Below, in pieces: positions 1 through 9,727 of a stretch of DNA of 64,000 nucleotides (positions are counted from its first letter, which is position 1; every line of letters begins with the position of its first letter). The position numbers and the translations under genes were made by a program. The notes beneath the pieces are model-generated. The model made no database searches and was not told the DNA's origin. It saw nothing but the letters and a program-made list of their open reading frames with translations. Source of the stretch: Auanema rhodensis (Eukaryota; Animalia; Nematoda); NCBI GenBank assembly GCA_964057225.1, contig OZ059895.1:13020001-13084000 (forward strand). The letters are read 5' to 3'.

Positions 1-41
1 TGCGTACTTTCAACGTGGTATGATCGTTAAAAAAATTTAAA

Positions 42-97
42 AGCTTACGACACCCGGGATTCCCAAGCCGTCTCCGATCCAAGTACTAACCGGGCCC
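42..97 (-). pseudogene. 3' part (nt 64-119) of a 5S rRNA gene split by the BEL/Pao element
   Basis: Matches the 3' half of the array 5S (one substitution) and stops at GGCCC where the LTR begins. The 5' part resumes at 10309. Confidence 0.93.
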
Positions 98-430
98 TGT
101 CGTTTGACAACTGGACTATTACCTCCAAGTATCAGTCCAAGTATGGAGTCGGTTCGTATGAGTGCGGTATTATGCGTTAAGACAAGTTAAATGAAGAAAG
201 GTTTATTCAACAAAATGCAACAACAGTAAATTGAACAAGTGGATTGATTTACGAATTTCCAAGAAATTCCTAAAATCAAAACAAAATTGGTGAGACATAA
301 AAATTTTAACCATTTGGTTCTCCCTTTTATAGGGAGGCACCAGATGGTTAAAGGGGGTGGAGTTAATACAAAAAAAAATACAACAAAACGTTAACACAAT
401 AAAGTTCGTATTTTCACGTTGACCGTGACA
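98..430 (-). repeat. 3' LTR of BEL element (333 bp)
   Basis: Direct repeat of 9976-10308 with only one mismatch seen (ttcaac vs ttctac). On - strand: TATAAAAG at 331-324 and AATAAA at 207-202. A short purine run (GCCGGGAA on -) precedes it. Confidence 0.96.
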
Positions 431-439
431 TTCCCGGCA

Positions 440-901
440 TTATGTATATCTTTTACGTTTGACGTCACCACAGACCACCCCATGGTGAGTATCGGCCTTG
501 CACTTATAGCAGGATACTTCGCACATTGTTGAATGTTTTGGGTTCAAACATTTTATGCATAGTCCCAATTCGTGTAAGCGTATGGTACGCTCTGGGGACG
601 AGGGGTAAATCGGACAAGCAGCTGTACGATGGCCATCAGCTGTAGGCTTGTTGCAGAATATGCAGGAGGCTTTAGGAGCCGTCTGAACAGCTAAATTATC
701 GAGCTTTAGATTCAGTGTGTTGTTGATGTTATCCAGGCGCGCGGAAATGTGGTTGACAGCGCTGGCGAGGTTATCATAAAACCTTTTCTCTAGAACCATT
801 AGCTGCCTTAGGTTGGCAGTGGTGTTGGGTAGATGAGAATAATTTTTGAGATCTTCCTCAAAGGAAGTGTTCTCACTTAAATTGGACGTTATTTCATCCA
901 T
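440..901 (-). CDS. Accessory protein (~153 aa): coiled-coil plus three Cys/His zinc knuckles resembling BEL Gag nucleocapsid
   Basis: CIFCNKPTADGHRTAAC / CIKCLNPKHSTMC / CYKCKADTHHGVVC, with the same spacing as the Gag knuckles, and a basic C-terminus KRKR. ATG at 901; the ORF track starts at GTG 907. Confidence 0.82.
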   Translation of the reverse strand: MDEITSNLSENTSFEEDLKNYSHLPNTTANLRQLMVLEKRFYDNLASAVNHISARLDNINNTLNLKLDNLAVQTAPKASCIFCNKPTADGHRTAACPIYPSSPERTIRLHELGLCIKCLNPKHSTMCEVSCYKCKADTHHGVVCGDVKRKRYT

Positions 902-904
902 TAG

Positions 905-943
905 CACTGAATTGAGAAAAACAATGGTTTCCCTCTTTATATA
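905..943 (-). promoter_or_regulatory. Putative internal promoter (TATATAAAG plus Inr-like TCAGT) or splice acceptor for the accessory ORF
   Basis: The - strand reads TATATAAAG (943-935) ... TTTTTCTCAATTCAG|TGCTAATG. TATA lies ~33 nt upstream of the A of TCAGT. The same site fits a nematode 3' splice site. Confidence 0.45.
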
Positions 944-1342
944 TTTGTTCGCATCTGTGGGTTGACCTATGATAAACGTCCCTTAGTTTATTGTAGAATA
1001 GTATGTGTTTACGGATACAATGTATAAAAAGCCTGTACAAAGGATTACTTTTTATGTGTATTATTTGGATAAATAAACTTGATGTTATCAAAGATTGAAG
1101 ATCTTGATAAAAAGATTTGTTTGTTTATAACTGTTGCATTTGTTTCTATATGTAGTGATTTTCTTTTGTTTATATTATTTTATGACCTATTTTTGCTTTG
1201 TTTATATTTTTTACTATTGTACTACGTGTGATTAGTAATTTAATTTTTATTGTATTCGTGAAGTTTTTGTACTTCCCTCTTGACTTTATTTTTTATTTTT
1301 TATTTTATTTTTTTTTTATTTTTATAGTTGTAATTGTTGCAG

Positions 1343-1774
1343 ATGTCACAATTACAGTATCAGGTTGAAGAGGAGATTGGAGAAGACGAGCTCGGTCCAT
1401 ATGAACTATGCGAACGATGCAAGGCGCAAGATACTCATCGCATACGGGAGGGCCCGGTAAGCTTATTATTTTTTTTTTTTTTTAATTTAATTAAATTTAT
1501 TTATTTATTTGTTTATTTTATTTTATCTCAGTATTGTTGCAGATGACAGACGATGAGCTTTATCCGGAGGATGGAGTCGAGCCAACTCGGGAGCAGCTCA
1601 TCTACATGTTCTCGAGGATGCCGTTGCCTCCCAACTGCAGATTCTGCAGGGCAAAGAACCCCCGCCACCACGAACGTGAGGAGGTAAGCTTATATATTTT
1701 AACTGTGAATGTAAGTATTGTTGTAGATGTCAGACGATGATGGTGAGGGGTATCCAGATATTTCAAGTATATAG
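1343..1774 (+). CDS. Antisense three-exon gene inside the BEL element, 100-aa acidic protein with two CxxC motifs (exons 1343-1456, 1543-1683, 1727-1774)
   Basis: Each exon is preceded by ATTGTTG(C/T)AG|ATG, and exons 1 and 2 end at GTAAGCTTA. Both introns (86 and 43 nt) are phase 0 and AT-rich. Stop TAG at 1772-1774, AATAAA at 1847-1852. Confidence 0.75.
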
Positions 1775-1898
1775 TGTTTTTGTTTTGTTTTTGTTTTTGT
1801 TTTTGTTTTTTTTTTTTGTGTTTTTAAACTGTTCTTATAGCTAATTAATAAAGTTTTTTTTTTTTTTTTTTTTTTATTACTACAGTAAGATTAGTGTT

Positions 1899-3416
1899 TT
1901 AATTTTTATTTGTGCTAGACTCAGCTCTGTGTCTAGGATTCCTGAGCATTTTTCTCAGTAATGATGTAATGATCATTACAATTTTTATCATCTGAACGAT
2001 TAATTTTTGTATGATTATGATGATTACAATTATTGCTTGTACTCCTATTATATAAGATAATACTGGTATAAAAACAGTTATCAGGAGGAAGCATAATGAT
2101 AATGCCCAATTTGTTTTAATTACATCCAAAATGTTTCTCCAGGTGTTAGCATTTGTCACAATGTTGATGATTGTTTTTTCAACATCTGGGATTTTACTAT
2201 CCCATTGTAATGTTCCTTGTATGATCACGTGTTTTTCATTAGCACATGTTACGAAGCATTCTTCATAGATTTCAGAATGTTCTGAGTAATATTCCACAGC
2301 AGTAAGCGGCATGTGTGGGGCGCATTCAATCATGTATATGTTCTCACTACATTGCATTGTGATCCAAGAATCCTTTTGTGATATACACATAAACTCGGCA
2401 ACAGCCGTTCTTCTACAGCTGTGACACCCGGAAAGTTTTTTAAATTCCGGTCGACAAGGAAAGTCGTACAGGAAGGTACGAGACGACACATTCCCTTGTA
2501 GTTGAAGAACAACAGTTGATTCATCAGTTTGAGGAATAAGTGTTAATTTGTTTTCTTTCATGGTAATTAGGGTGTTCTTGGTGTTCATTGGTAATAAGTT
2601 TGCCTGATTGAAAATATTATCAGATGGACAGGTACATGTTAGCTATTCCCTTTTTGATATTTTACAGTTACATAACTTCAGTATTTTACAAGAGTTAAAT
2701 TCATTTGTAGTTTGATCTTTGGTTTTGCATGCTACTTCACTCATAGTATGAGGTTCCATGTAATAACTGTTTATGGTTGATAATGCATATTTGGTGTTTA
2801 AATATCGGGTTGGTGGTACAATATGGGAGATTGAGCTTATATTAAAGTTTGGAAAATTAACAGTGTCGTATGGTTTTAAAAGAATATTAATATTGGCTTT
2901 GTGTTTAAATAGATCATACTTTACCTCTAATGGTATATTCATTTCCCAAGAATCACATTCTACTATTTCATAAACTATTTCATTGATTGGTTTAAATTCA
3001 GTTTGATAGAATGAGCAACCGTCTTCTAGAGACCAACATCCGCAGAAAAGAGAGCCACATCGCCTAGCACAACCAACTTGTGTTGGTCCTTCTTCTTTAT
3101 CAAATTCTTGTAATTGTCCAATAGAATTTATAGCTTCACAAGTGTGATTACAAGATCCTGTTCCATAACAGGAATATCGAGTTTTGTATTGAATTGTGCT
3201 TTCTCGAGTATAATATAGCGTACTTTTCTGGCAAATGTATTCTGTTGGTTTTTTCGTTATTTCTATTTTACCGATAGATTTATTTTGGTAAATGAATTCT
3301 AAGCAAGCGTCTCTTATGCCTTTATTGAAATTGATTTCATTATCGTATTCTTGATAACAATTTGTCCGATTAATGCAAATTATATTTATTGAATGCTTAA
3401 TATGTAAGTTTGAACA
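1899..3416 (-). CDS. env: Phlebovirus Gc-like class II fusion glycoprotein (env), interrupted by an in-frame TAG at 2643-2645
   Basis: Signal peptide LQLSIALMVLLITVES|C. Cys-rich ectodomain with SCYGTGSC and fusion-loop-like CARRCGSLFCGCWSLEDGC, domain-III-like GCHSC, and a C-terminal hydrophobic anchor. ORF 1899-2588 is in frame with ORF 2643-5513. Confidence 0.85.
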
Positions 3417-5546
3417 AGATTCCACTGTTATTAATAATACCATGAGTGCTATCGATAATTGTAATGAAGTGAATGATGATGTTCTCATGTAATTTGGAAT
3501 TTTAATAGTTTCTGGAATATCATTTTTCCATTTTGGAGTTACATTGTCAAATTTCGTGGCTACTGTGTTTTCCTTTTGTACGGCTACATCGTCTGAACTT
3601 GTTAATATTTTTGAATTAGGTTTTCCACTTCTAACTTCGGTTTGTATCGTTTGCCAATTATCATTTAAAAATTTATACCAATATTGGTCATTTTTATGAG
3701 CTTTCAATACTCTTTTACAAATTGCTAATATAGTAAATAATAGTATAATTGGTATGAAAAATGTTATCAAAGTCGTTAATGGATTACATTGTGGGAAATA
3801 TAATGCTTCCGCTGTAAGCAATTCAGAGGATTGGCATGTAGCCTCAATCGTTGGAATTATTCCAAGAAGAGCTACTTTTGGAACATTTGTTTTTATTTTA
3901 TTTTTCTTAAAATAACTTCTTACCGCTGCTTGACTACCCTGTGTTTTTGTTCTGAACCATCTATTTAGATTTGAAGGTTTGGATTCATTTTCGGTTTGAA
4001 GAGTTATCTCATTTGTTTGATCTTCCTCTTGTTCTAAGTTCGTATTATTAGCATCATTTTCGTCTCCTGCGTCGTTGATGATATTCATGTTGGGTGTATA
4101 GATTTCGAGTGGTATTACATTGTTACTTTGTTCACTTTCTTGAGTATTTTCAATAATTTCAATATTTTCAACCCGATTTCCTTTTTGTGTTACCGTCCCG
4201 GTGATTAAAAATGGATTCACTTGGTATTTTTTATTGTATCTCATTGAGTGAGGTTCTGACGCAAACGGTGCTGCTTCTGCGTTTCTCACTTCTAGTGGAT
4301 ATATGTGATTTAATGAACGAGTTGTTATGAGACCAGTGCCAGTTATTAGTTTTGCAGATCTAACTTCCCCATCTGCACTTTTTATTAGTTCTATTATGCG
4401 TCCTAATTTCCATTTACCTCTACTTGAATCCTCATTTTGTATTATAATAACTTCGCCTTCTTGTGGTTTCTTAGCGTTCGTTGCAGGTTGTTTTCTGTTG
4501 TGTTTGTAAATATCTCTAAGATACAGTAAATACTCTGAATAGAATTTTTTCCAGAATAATTGAGTTACATCGTTAGATAACTCTATTGCTTCAATGGCTT
4601 GCTCTATAGTTTGTATTGTCCTGCTATTGATAGTTTTATCATAAATTCGGGTATTCGATACGTTTGAAGAAAGTGTAAACCTGATGGAACGGTTTAAAAA
4701 ATCACAAGGTCTGATAGGCAAAATGTTCAGGTTGGATGGGTTCGGATGTGTAAGCGGGCGAGTATTCAAAATTGTTTCGATTTTTACAATTACTGTATGT
4801 ATATCATCAATTGACATTAATCTATTTCCAATTGTTTTGTATAGTGCTAACTTTGTTAGTCCTACTAGTCTTTCCCATGTTCCACCTTTCCATGGAGCCT
4901 GTGGTGTGTTGAAGTACCATTTAATATTCTTTTCGGCAAGATAATTGGTTAATGTTTTTTCATTTTTAGATTCATGGTTTTCTGTGTAAAATTCTATTAC
5001 TTTAGCACTTAATAAGAAATTTCCTCCATTATCGCTTCGTATTATTTCTGGAATACCTCTTCTTCCAATGAACCTTTCGAAAGCGTTTAAGAATGCCTTT
5101 GTTGATTGGTCAAAAACTATTTCTAAGTGTATAGCTCTTATAGCTAAACAAGTAAACAGACATATAAATATCTTTTTACCATCCTTTATGGTTATTGGAC
5201 CTAATAAGTCACAACCTGTACTCATGAATGGTTTTGTTAGAATTACTCTATCCTTAGGCAATGCTGGCATTAAGGACGTTCCAAACGGCAAAGCGTTGTA
5301 TCTATTGCAGATTGTGCATGTTTTGAGAACTGATCTGACTATGCTTGATGGTTTATTTAAAAAGTATTTTTGACGCAAGAGTGTTAGAACAAAGTCTCGC
5401 CCTTGGTGCATGCATTCTCTGTGTAAATGCATAATTATGTGTTCTGTGTACGGAGAATCCCTTGGAAGATATATGGGATTTTGAGTTTCAAACGGTAATT
5501 CCGAGTTGTTCAATCTACTACAAACTCTGATTATTTCTTCATCGAG
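2643..5546 (-). CDS. Integrase plus env N-terminal part of the BEL polyprotein
   Basis: HHCC (HRECMH...CTIC), DLLGP, SDNGGNF, PWKGGTWERLVG, WKLGRIIELIKSADGEVRSA. The frame is open upstream of the listed start as LDEEIIRVCSRLNNSELP. Confidence 0.92.
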   Translation of the reverse strand, partial: LDEEIIRVCSRLNNSELPFETQNPIYLPRDSPYTEHIIMHLHRECMHQGRDFVLTLLRQKYFLNKPSSIVRSVLKTCTICNRYNALPFGTSLMPALPKDRVILTKPFMSTGCDLLGPITIKDGKKIFICLFTCLAIRAIHLEIVFDQSTKAFLNAFERFIGRRGIPEIIRSDNGGNFLLSAKVIEFYTENHESKNEKTLTNYLAEKNIKWYFNTPQAPWKGGTWERLVGLTKLALYKTIGNRLMSIDDIHTVIVKIETILNTRPLTHPNPSNLNILPIRPCDFLNRSIRFTLSSNVSNTRIYDKTINSRTIQTIEQAIEAIELSNDVTQLFWKKFYSEYLLYLRDIYKHNRKQPATNAKKPQEGEVIIIQNEDSSRGKWKLGRIIELIKSADGEVRSAKLITGTGLITTRSLNHIYPLEVRNAEAAPFASEPHSMRYNKKYQVNPFLITGTVTQKGNRVENIEIIENTQESEQSNNVIPLEIYTPNMNIINDAGDENDANNTNLEQEEDQTNEITLQTENESKPSNLNRWFRTKTQGSQAAVRSYFKKNKIKTNVPKVALLGIIPTIEATCQSSELLTAEALYFPQCNPLTTLITFFIPIILLFTILAICKRVLKAHKNDQYWYKFLNDNWQTIQTEVRSGKPNSKILTSSDDVAVQKENTVATKFDNVTPKWKNDIPETIKIPNYMRTSSFTSLQLSIALMVLLITVESCSNLHIKHSINIICINRTNCYQEYDNEINFNKGIRDACLEFIYQNKSIGKIEITKKPTEYICQKSTLYYTRESTIQYKTRYSCYGTGSCNHTCEAINSIGQLQEFDKEEGPTQVGCARRCGSLFCGCWSLEDGCSFYQTEFKPINEIVYEIVECDSWEMNIPLEVKYDLFKHKANINILLKPYDTVNFPNFNISSISHIVPPTRYLNTKYALSTINSYYMEPHTMSEVACKTKDQTTNEFNSCKILKLCNCKISKRE

Positions 5547-8500
5547 AAAAAATACAAACCCTTCATGTTTTTCGTGAGGAGATCTATTGTTACATGCTGT
5601 TGTGCTTTACTTATTAGTAGTTTGGTTATAATCTCAATATCATTAGCTGTAGTTTGCCAGTTTTCATCTAATTGCATTACTTTATTTAACCTTGTTATAG
5701 CTGTGGGATGTACTTTTATGATCCAATGTCTCAAGAATTTACTTAATTTAACTATAGTTTTCAGTAAGGTATAGTTGTTGCTACGTAATTTGAATATATC
5801 TTCAACTGGTATTTGTGTTATTTGTTGTTGTTCAACGGTATCGATCAAGGTTGTTATATTCCAAATAGGCTCATATTCAATTTCTTCAATGTGTGACTTT
5901 GTTTGGGTTAACCATTGTGGTCCTTTAATCCACATAGAATCACTTAGTTCTTGGAGACAAGCTCCTCGAGAACCAATATCGGCTGGGTTATAATCACCAT
6001 TCACATGAAAAAGTTTGATTTTAATGTTATTTTCCTTCAATTTATCTATATACTTCCTTACATTGTCGACGCGACAGCCTACATATGGTGGTAAAGTTTT
6101 CTGATGGTTAGCTATCCAATGTAAGGCTACCTTACTGTCACTGGCTACGTGTACAGTTTTAAGGTGATTGGTTGTAGATGTGATATTATCAGCTAACATA
6201 ATACCTAATAGTATGGCAATGAGTTCTAGTCTTGGGATAGTTAGATTTCCCTTTTTTGCAATTTTCGACTTTCCGCTTACAAGTTGGCTTATTTTACCAT
6301 TGGTTTCAATGTATGTGCAGGCAGCAATGGCTAGTTTACTAGCGTCAGTAAATACCCATAATATAGAGTCATTCAGGTTTAACTTTCTTTCAAGTCTCAA
6401 TTCCTTTTCATTTAATAATTCATTTATGACTAAATTCCATTTATGTGTTATTTCTTGGGGTAATTCAACATCCCAACCCTTGAATTGATCACTTGATTCT
6501 CTTAATAATAATTTTAATGGTAAAATCAATGGGCTTGCCATACCTAATGGATCAAATATTGAATGTATTTGACTTAACATGTTCCTGTGCGTATTGATTT
6601 CAAATTTCTTTAATTTAAGTATAAGAACGAATAAATCTAATTTTGTATCATAATTTAAACCCAAAATTTTGGTAGTATTATGTGGGTATTTGTCTTCATT
6701 GTTCATATCTTCAGTAACTTTTGGATTGTTGCTCATAAATTCTCTTAAATTCATAGAAATGCCTTGTAAGATTTTCTTGGCTTTTTCGCATTTTATCTTA
6801 GCTTCTTCAACACTGTTTGCATATAAAATTATATTGTCAACATATAAAGAATCGAGCAAGTGACTAGCGTAAGGGTCGGTATGATTATTGAGGTACCAAG
6901 CTAAGCTCATGCTTAATATACCCGGGGACGCTGTTATACCAAATGGTAGCCGTTTGAATTGGTATGTCATGACGTTATATTTATTTACCGATTCATTTTC
7001 GTTTCTAATCCAGAAAAATTTACAATATTTTCTGTGCTCTTCTTTAATACTTATTTGTAAAAATGCTGACTCAATGTCGCAGGTTATTATTATTGGACTT
7101 TTTCTACATTTTATTAATATATCATGAATTTTGTGAATAAATGTTTGGCCTGAATGCATAACTTGGTTCAACGATGGACTATTTTTTTGTTTTGCTGAAG
7201 CATCAAACACGATTCTTAAAGGTCGAGCTTTTTCTTTTCTCCACACTCCATGATGTGGTAAGAAAAATCCATCTTCGGCTGATTCATCAACAATTGGCTC
7301 GATAATTCCCTTTTGAATGTATTCATTTATTAATTTTTTATACCATTCTAGTTGTTCTTTATTAGAGTGTAGATTTTTCCATAATGTCATGAATCTATGA
7401 AAAGCTGGCCATTTATTATTTTTCAATTTATTCAAATAATTTTTAAATGGAAACGGAGCTTCAATTCTCCCGGCTTTAATGGATAGTTCTTTACTATATT
7501 CTTTAAGATAATTCTCTGCTTCTGCATTGTTATCTACTATGGTGCTTATTCCAATAGTATCGATAAGGAAAAGTTCTTTCAGTTTTGTTTCTGGAGGTGG
7601 TTCATGACTTTGTTCCTCTTCAATGCTACACAGAGTTACAATTTTTTCAAGTTTAGTTTTTCCATTTATAAGAGTTCCAAATACAGATCCTTTACATAAA
7701 AGATCAGAGGGAAGTCTGAATTCTTCATTGTCTTTTACAAACAATTTTAATCTATCTTGTCCAATTAAAACATCCGGTTCAAAAACTTCCCCATTTGTAT
7801 CGGTGTTGGCTAATATAATATTGTTTTCTTTAATGAAACTCAAATCCTTTCTTGAAAGATAAGGACTATATATGTGGGAACTGATTTTTGGTTTAGTGAG
7901 CATTTCAGTTACAATTAAATTTTTCTCTTTAGTATAGAATATTGTGTTAACTATACTTGAAACATGAGAATGTTTCATTCCTCCAATACCATGAAATGTT
8001 TTTTTATGTTTGGATTTAACTGGTAGTTTCATCCTTTTTGCTAGATCTTCTCTGATAAAAGATCGTTGAGAACAATCATCAAAAATAATGTTAACTTTCT
8101 CATAACTATCGCTATTGTAATTGAACAAATTTGCTTTCGCTGTTCGTAAAATTATTTGGCCTTTTTCTACGTCATGATTACCAACAATTGTGGTTAAACT
8201 TGTGGGTTCTTCATGTGCTTTCTTTGAAATAATTGTTTGATTATTTCTGGTCTTTTCTTCATCATTATCCCTTTGTAAAGAAATGTTGGTGATGACTCCA
8301 TTTCTATTCTGATTTCTTTTATTTTGGTAACAAACTGAAATGTTGTGATCATCATGACAGCTGTTGCATTTAAACTTTGGCCATGTGCAGTTTTTGCTTT
8401 GATGATTGTCTGCAAAGCATACATAACATAGCCTTTTTTCTCTTAAAATTTTCCTTTTTTCCGTTGTTTCAACAGGACACATATGGCTATTGTGTGAATT

Positions 8501-9727
8501 GTTCGCGCAAAAAACGCAATTCCTTCTTTGTTTCAAATCTTTAACTTCATTCAATCGAAATTGTTTTTTAGTTTGATCACCATCTGGATTTTTTCTTTTT
8601 TCATTGTTACTGAGATACAGTGTTTCAGTGTTTTCAGTCATCTGTAGTAGTTTTACTTGCGCCGAAATATGTTCAATGATTTTCTCGTGGGACCATTCAA
8701 AATTTTGTTTGATGTGAATATCTTTGATTATTTCAAATGGGAATTTATTGAGTACGGTAGCAACATAAAGCTCTTTGGTTAATGATCCTCCCGCCGCTTG
8801 AATCTGTCGCAGCAGAGCTTTTATCTCTCTTAGCGTTTGAGCACAACTATCGGCTCGTCTTGAAGCTTTTGGCACCTTATTCAACTTGTTGATCAGCGTT
8901 GCTGTATCAACAGCGTATGAGGAATATTCTTCCTTCAAACAATTTTTCATAAACTCATAGTTTTCTTCGGTACCGGGAATTCCCCTAAGAAGATATTCGC
9001 CTTCACCTGATAAGGACTCACATAGGAAGTTCACTTTTTCACTTATAGAGAAAGATTCATTGTTATCAATCATTCTCATTAATCTATCCCAGAATAAAGG
9101 GAATTTTTCCGGAGTACCGTCAAAGGTTGGAGTTTTTAATACGGGTCTTTGCAGTATTTGGTTAATCAGTCTTACTTCATTAACATGCTGATCATGCACT
9201 ACCTGATCGGGTAAACTGTTTTGTTTTTCTTGTACCTCGTTTGTACAATTTTCATATTCTTTTTCTTCTGTATATTCAACTCTTTCCCGAAGTTGTTGTA
9301 ATTCAAGTTGTATTTCCATATCTTTGATTTTTTCTTTATTTTTATCAATGAGGTTTTTTAAGAATATCAACTTGTCATTTAATTCCAGAATTATTAACGT
9401 GGCATTGCCACGGATGTCTCCTTTTTCACCTTCTTCGATTTTTGTAAATTTTTTGTTTAATTCTTTTTGGAGCTCTTCTTCTAAAAGCTCACAAACTCTT
9501 TGAAAATTTATTTCAATGGTTTCAATTGATTGGAGTTTATTCTCCAAAATATTCAAGTAATTTTTAACTCTTGCACATTCATTCTCTTGCGCAATAATTT
9601 GATTTACCGGCTCAGACAATTCTGAGTAATCGGTCATTTTCTTATAGTTTTCAACTTTAGAATTCAGTTTATTCAAAAATTCTAATTCTCTCCCCATTTG
9701 GAGAATATATCTTTGAGCGGAGGACAT
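5531..9727 (-). CDS. gag-pol: BEL/Pao Gag-protease-RT-RNase H polyprotein
   Basis: First ATG at 9727 (MSSAQRY). Gag FDGTPEKFPLFW and three CCHC knuckles; protease FDDCSQRSFI; RT LRIVFDAS, DIESAFLQI, RLPFG, YVDN; RNase H FTDAS, TIPRLEL, NPADIGSRG. Confidence 0.95.
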   Translation of the reverse strand: MSSAQRYILQMGRELEFLNKLNSKVENYKKMTDYSELSEPVNQIIAQENECARVKNYLNILENKLQSIETIEINFQRVCELLEEELQKELNKKFTKIEEGEKGDIRGNATLIILELNDKLIFLKNLIDKNKEKIKDMEIQLELQQLRERVEYTEEKEYENCTNEVQEKQNSLPDQVVHDQHVNEVRLINQILQRPVLKTPTFDGTPEKFPLFWDRLMRMIDNNESFSISEKVNFLCESLSGEGEYLLRGIPGTEENYEFMKNCLKEEYSSYAVDTATLINKLNKVPKASRRADSCAQTLREIKALLRQIQAAGGSLTKELYVATVLNKFPFEIIKDIHIKQNFEWSHEKIIEHISAQVKLLQMTENTETLYLSNNEKRKNPDGDQTKKQFRLNEVKDLKQRRNCVFCANNSHNSHMCPVETTEKRKILREKRLCYVCFADNHQSKNCTWPKFKCNSCHDDHNISVCYQNKRNQNRNGVITNISLQRDNDEEKTRNNQTIISKKAHEEPTSLTTIVGNHDVEKGQIILRTAKANLFNYNSDSYEKVNIIFDDCSQRSFIREDLAKRMKLPVKSKHKKTFHGIGGMKHSHVSSIVNTIFYTKEKNLIVTEMLTKPKISSHIYSPYLSRKDLSFIKENNIILANTDTNGEVFEPDVLIGQDRLKLFVKDNEEFRLPSDLLCKGSVFGTLINGKTKLEKIVTLCSIEEEQSHEPPPETKLKELFLIDTIGISTIVDNNAEAENYLKEYSKELSIKAGRIEAPFPFKNYLNKLKNNKWPAFHRFMTLWKNLHSNKEQLEWYKKLINEYIQKGIIEPIVDESAEDGFFLPHHGVWRKEKARPLRIVFDASAKQKNSPSLNQVMHSGQTFIHKIHDILIKCRKSPIIITCDIESAFLQISIKEEHRKYCKFFWIRNENESVNKYNVMTYQFKRLPFGITASPGILSMSLAWYLNNHTDPYASHLLDSLYVDNIILYANSVEEAKIKCEKAKKILQGISMNLREFMSNNPKVTEDMNNEDKYPHNTTKILGLNYDTKLDLFVLILKLKKFEINTHRNMLSQIHSIFDPLGMASPLILPLKLLLRESSDQFKGWDVELPQEITHKWNLVINELLNEKELRLERKLNLNDSILWVFTDASKLAIAACTYIETNGKISQLVSGKSKIAKKGNLTIPRLELIAILLGIMLADNITSTTNHLKTVHVASDSKVALHWIANHQKTLPPYVGCRVDNVRKYIDKLKENNIKIKLFHVNGDYNPADIGSRGACLQELSDSMWIKGPQWLTQTKSHIEEIEYEPIWNITTLIDTVEQQQITQIPVEDIFKLRSNNYTLLKTIVKLSKFLRHWIIKVHPTAITRLNKVMQLDENWQTTANDIEIITKLLISKAQQHVTIDLLTKNMKGLYFFSMKK

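Noticed and set aside
203-397. LTR-encoded ORFs (also 10081-10395, 21139-21363, 24816-25007)
   Set aside because: Short, often non-ATG, and some cross element boundaries; chance ORFs.
1334-1740. ORF-track proteins of 70 and 68 aa as two separate genes with hydrophobic tails
   Set aside because: The tails are translations of T-rich introns after GTAAGC donors; better explained as exons of one spliced gene.
2773-8424. Short + strand and alternate-frame ORFs overlapping gag-pol-env
   Set aside because: Shadow ORFs of the long coding frame, with no motifs or splice/poly(A) support.
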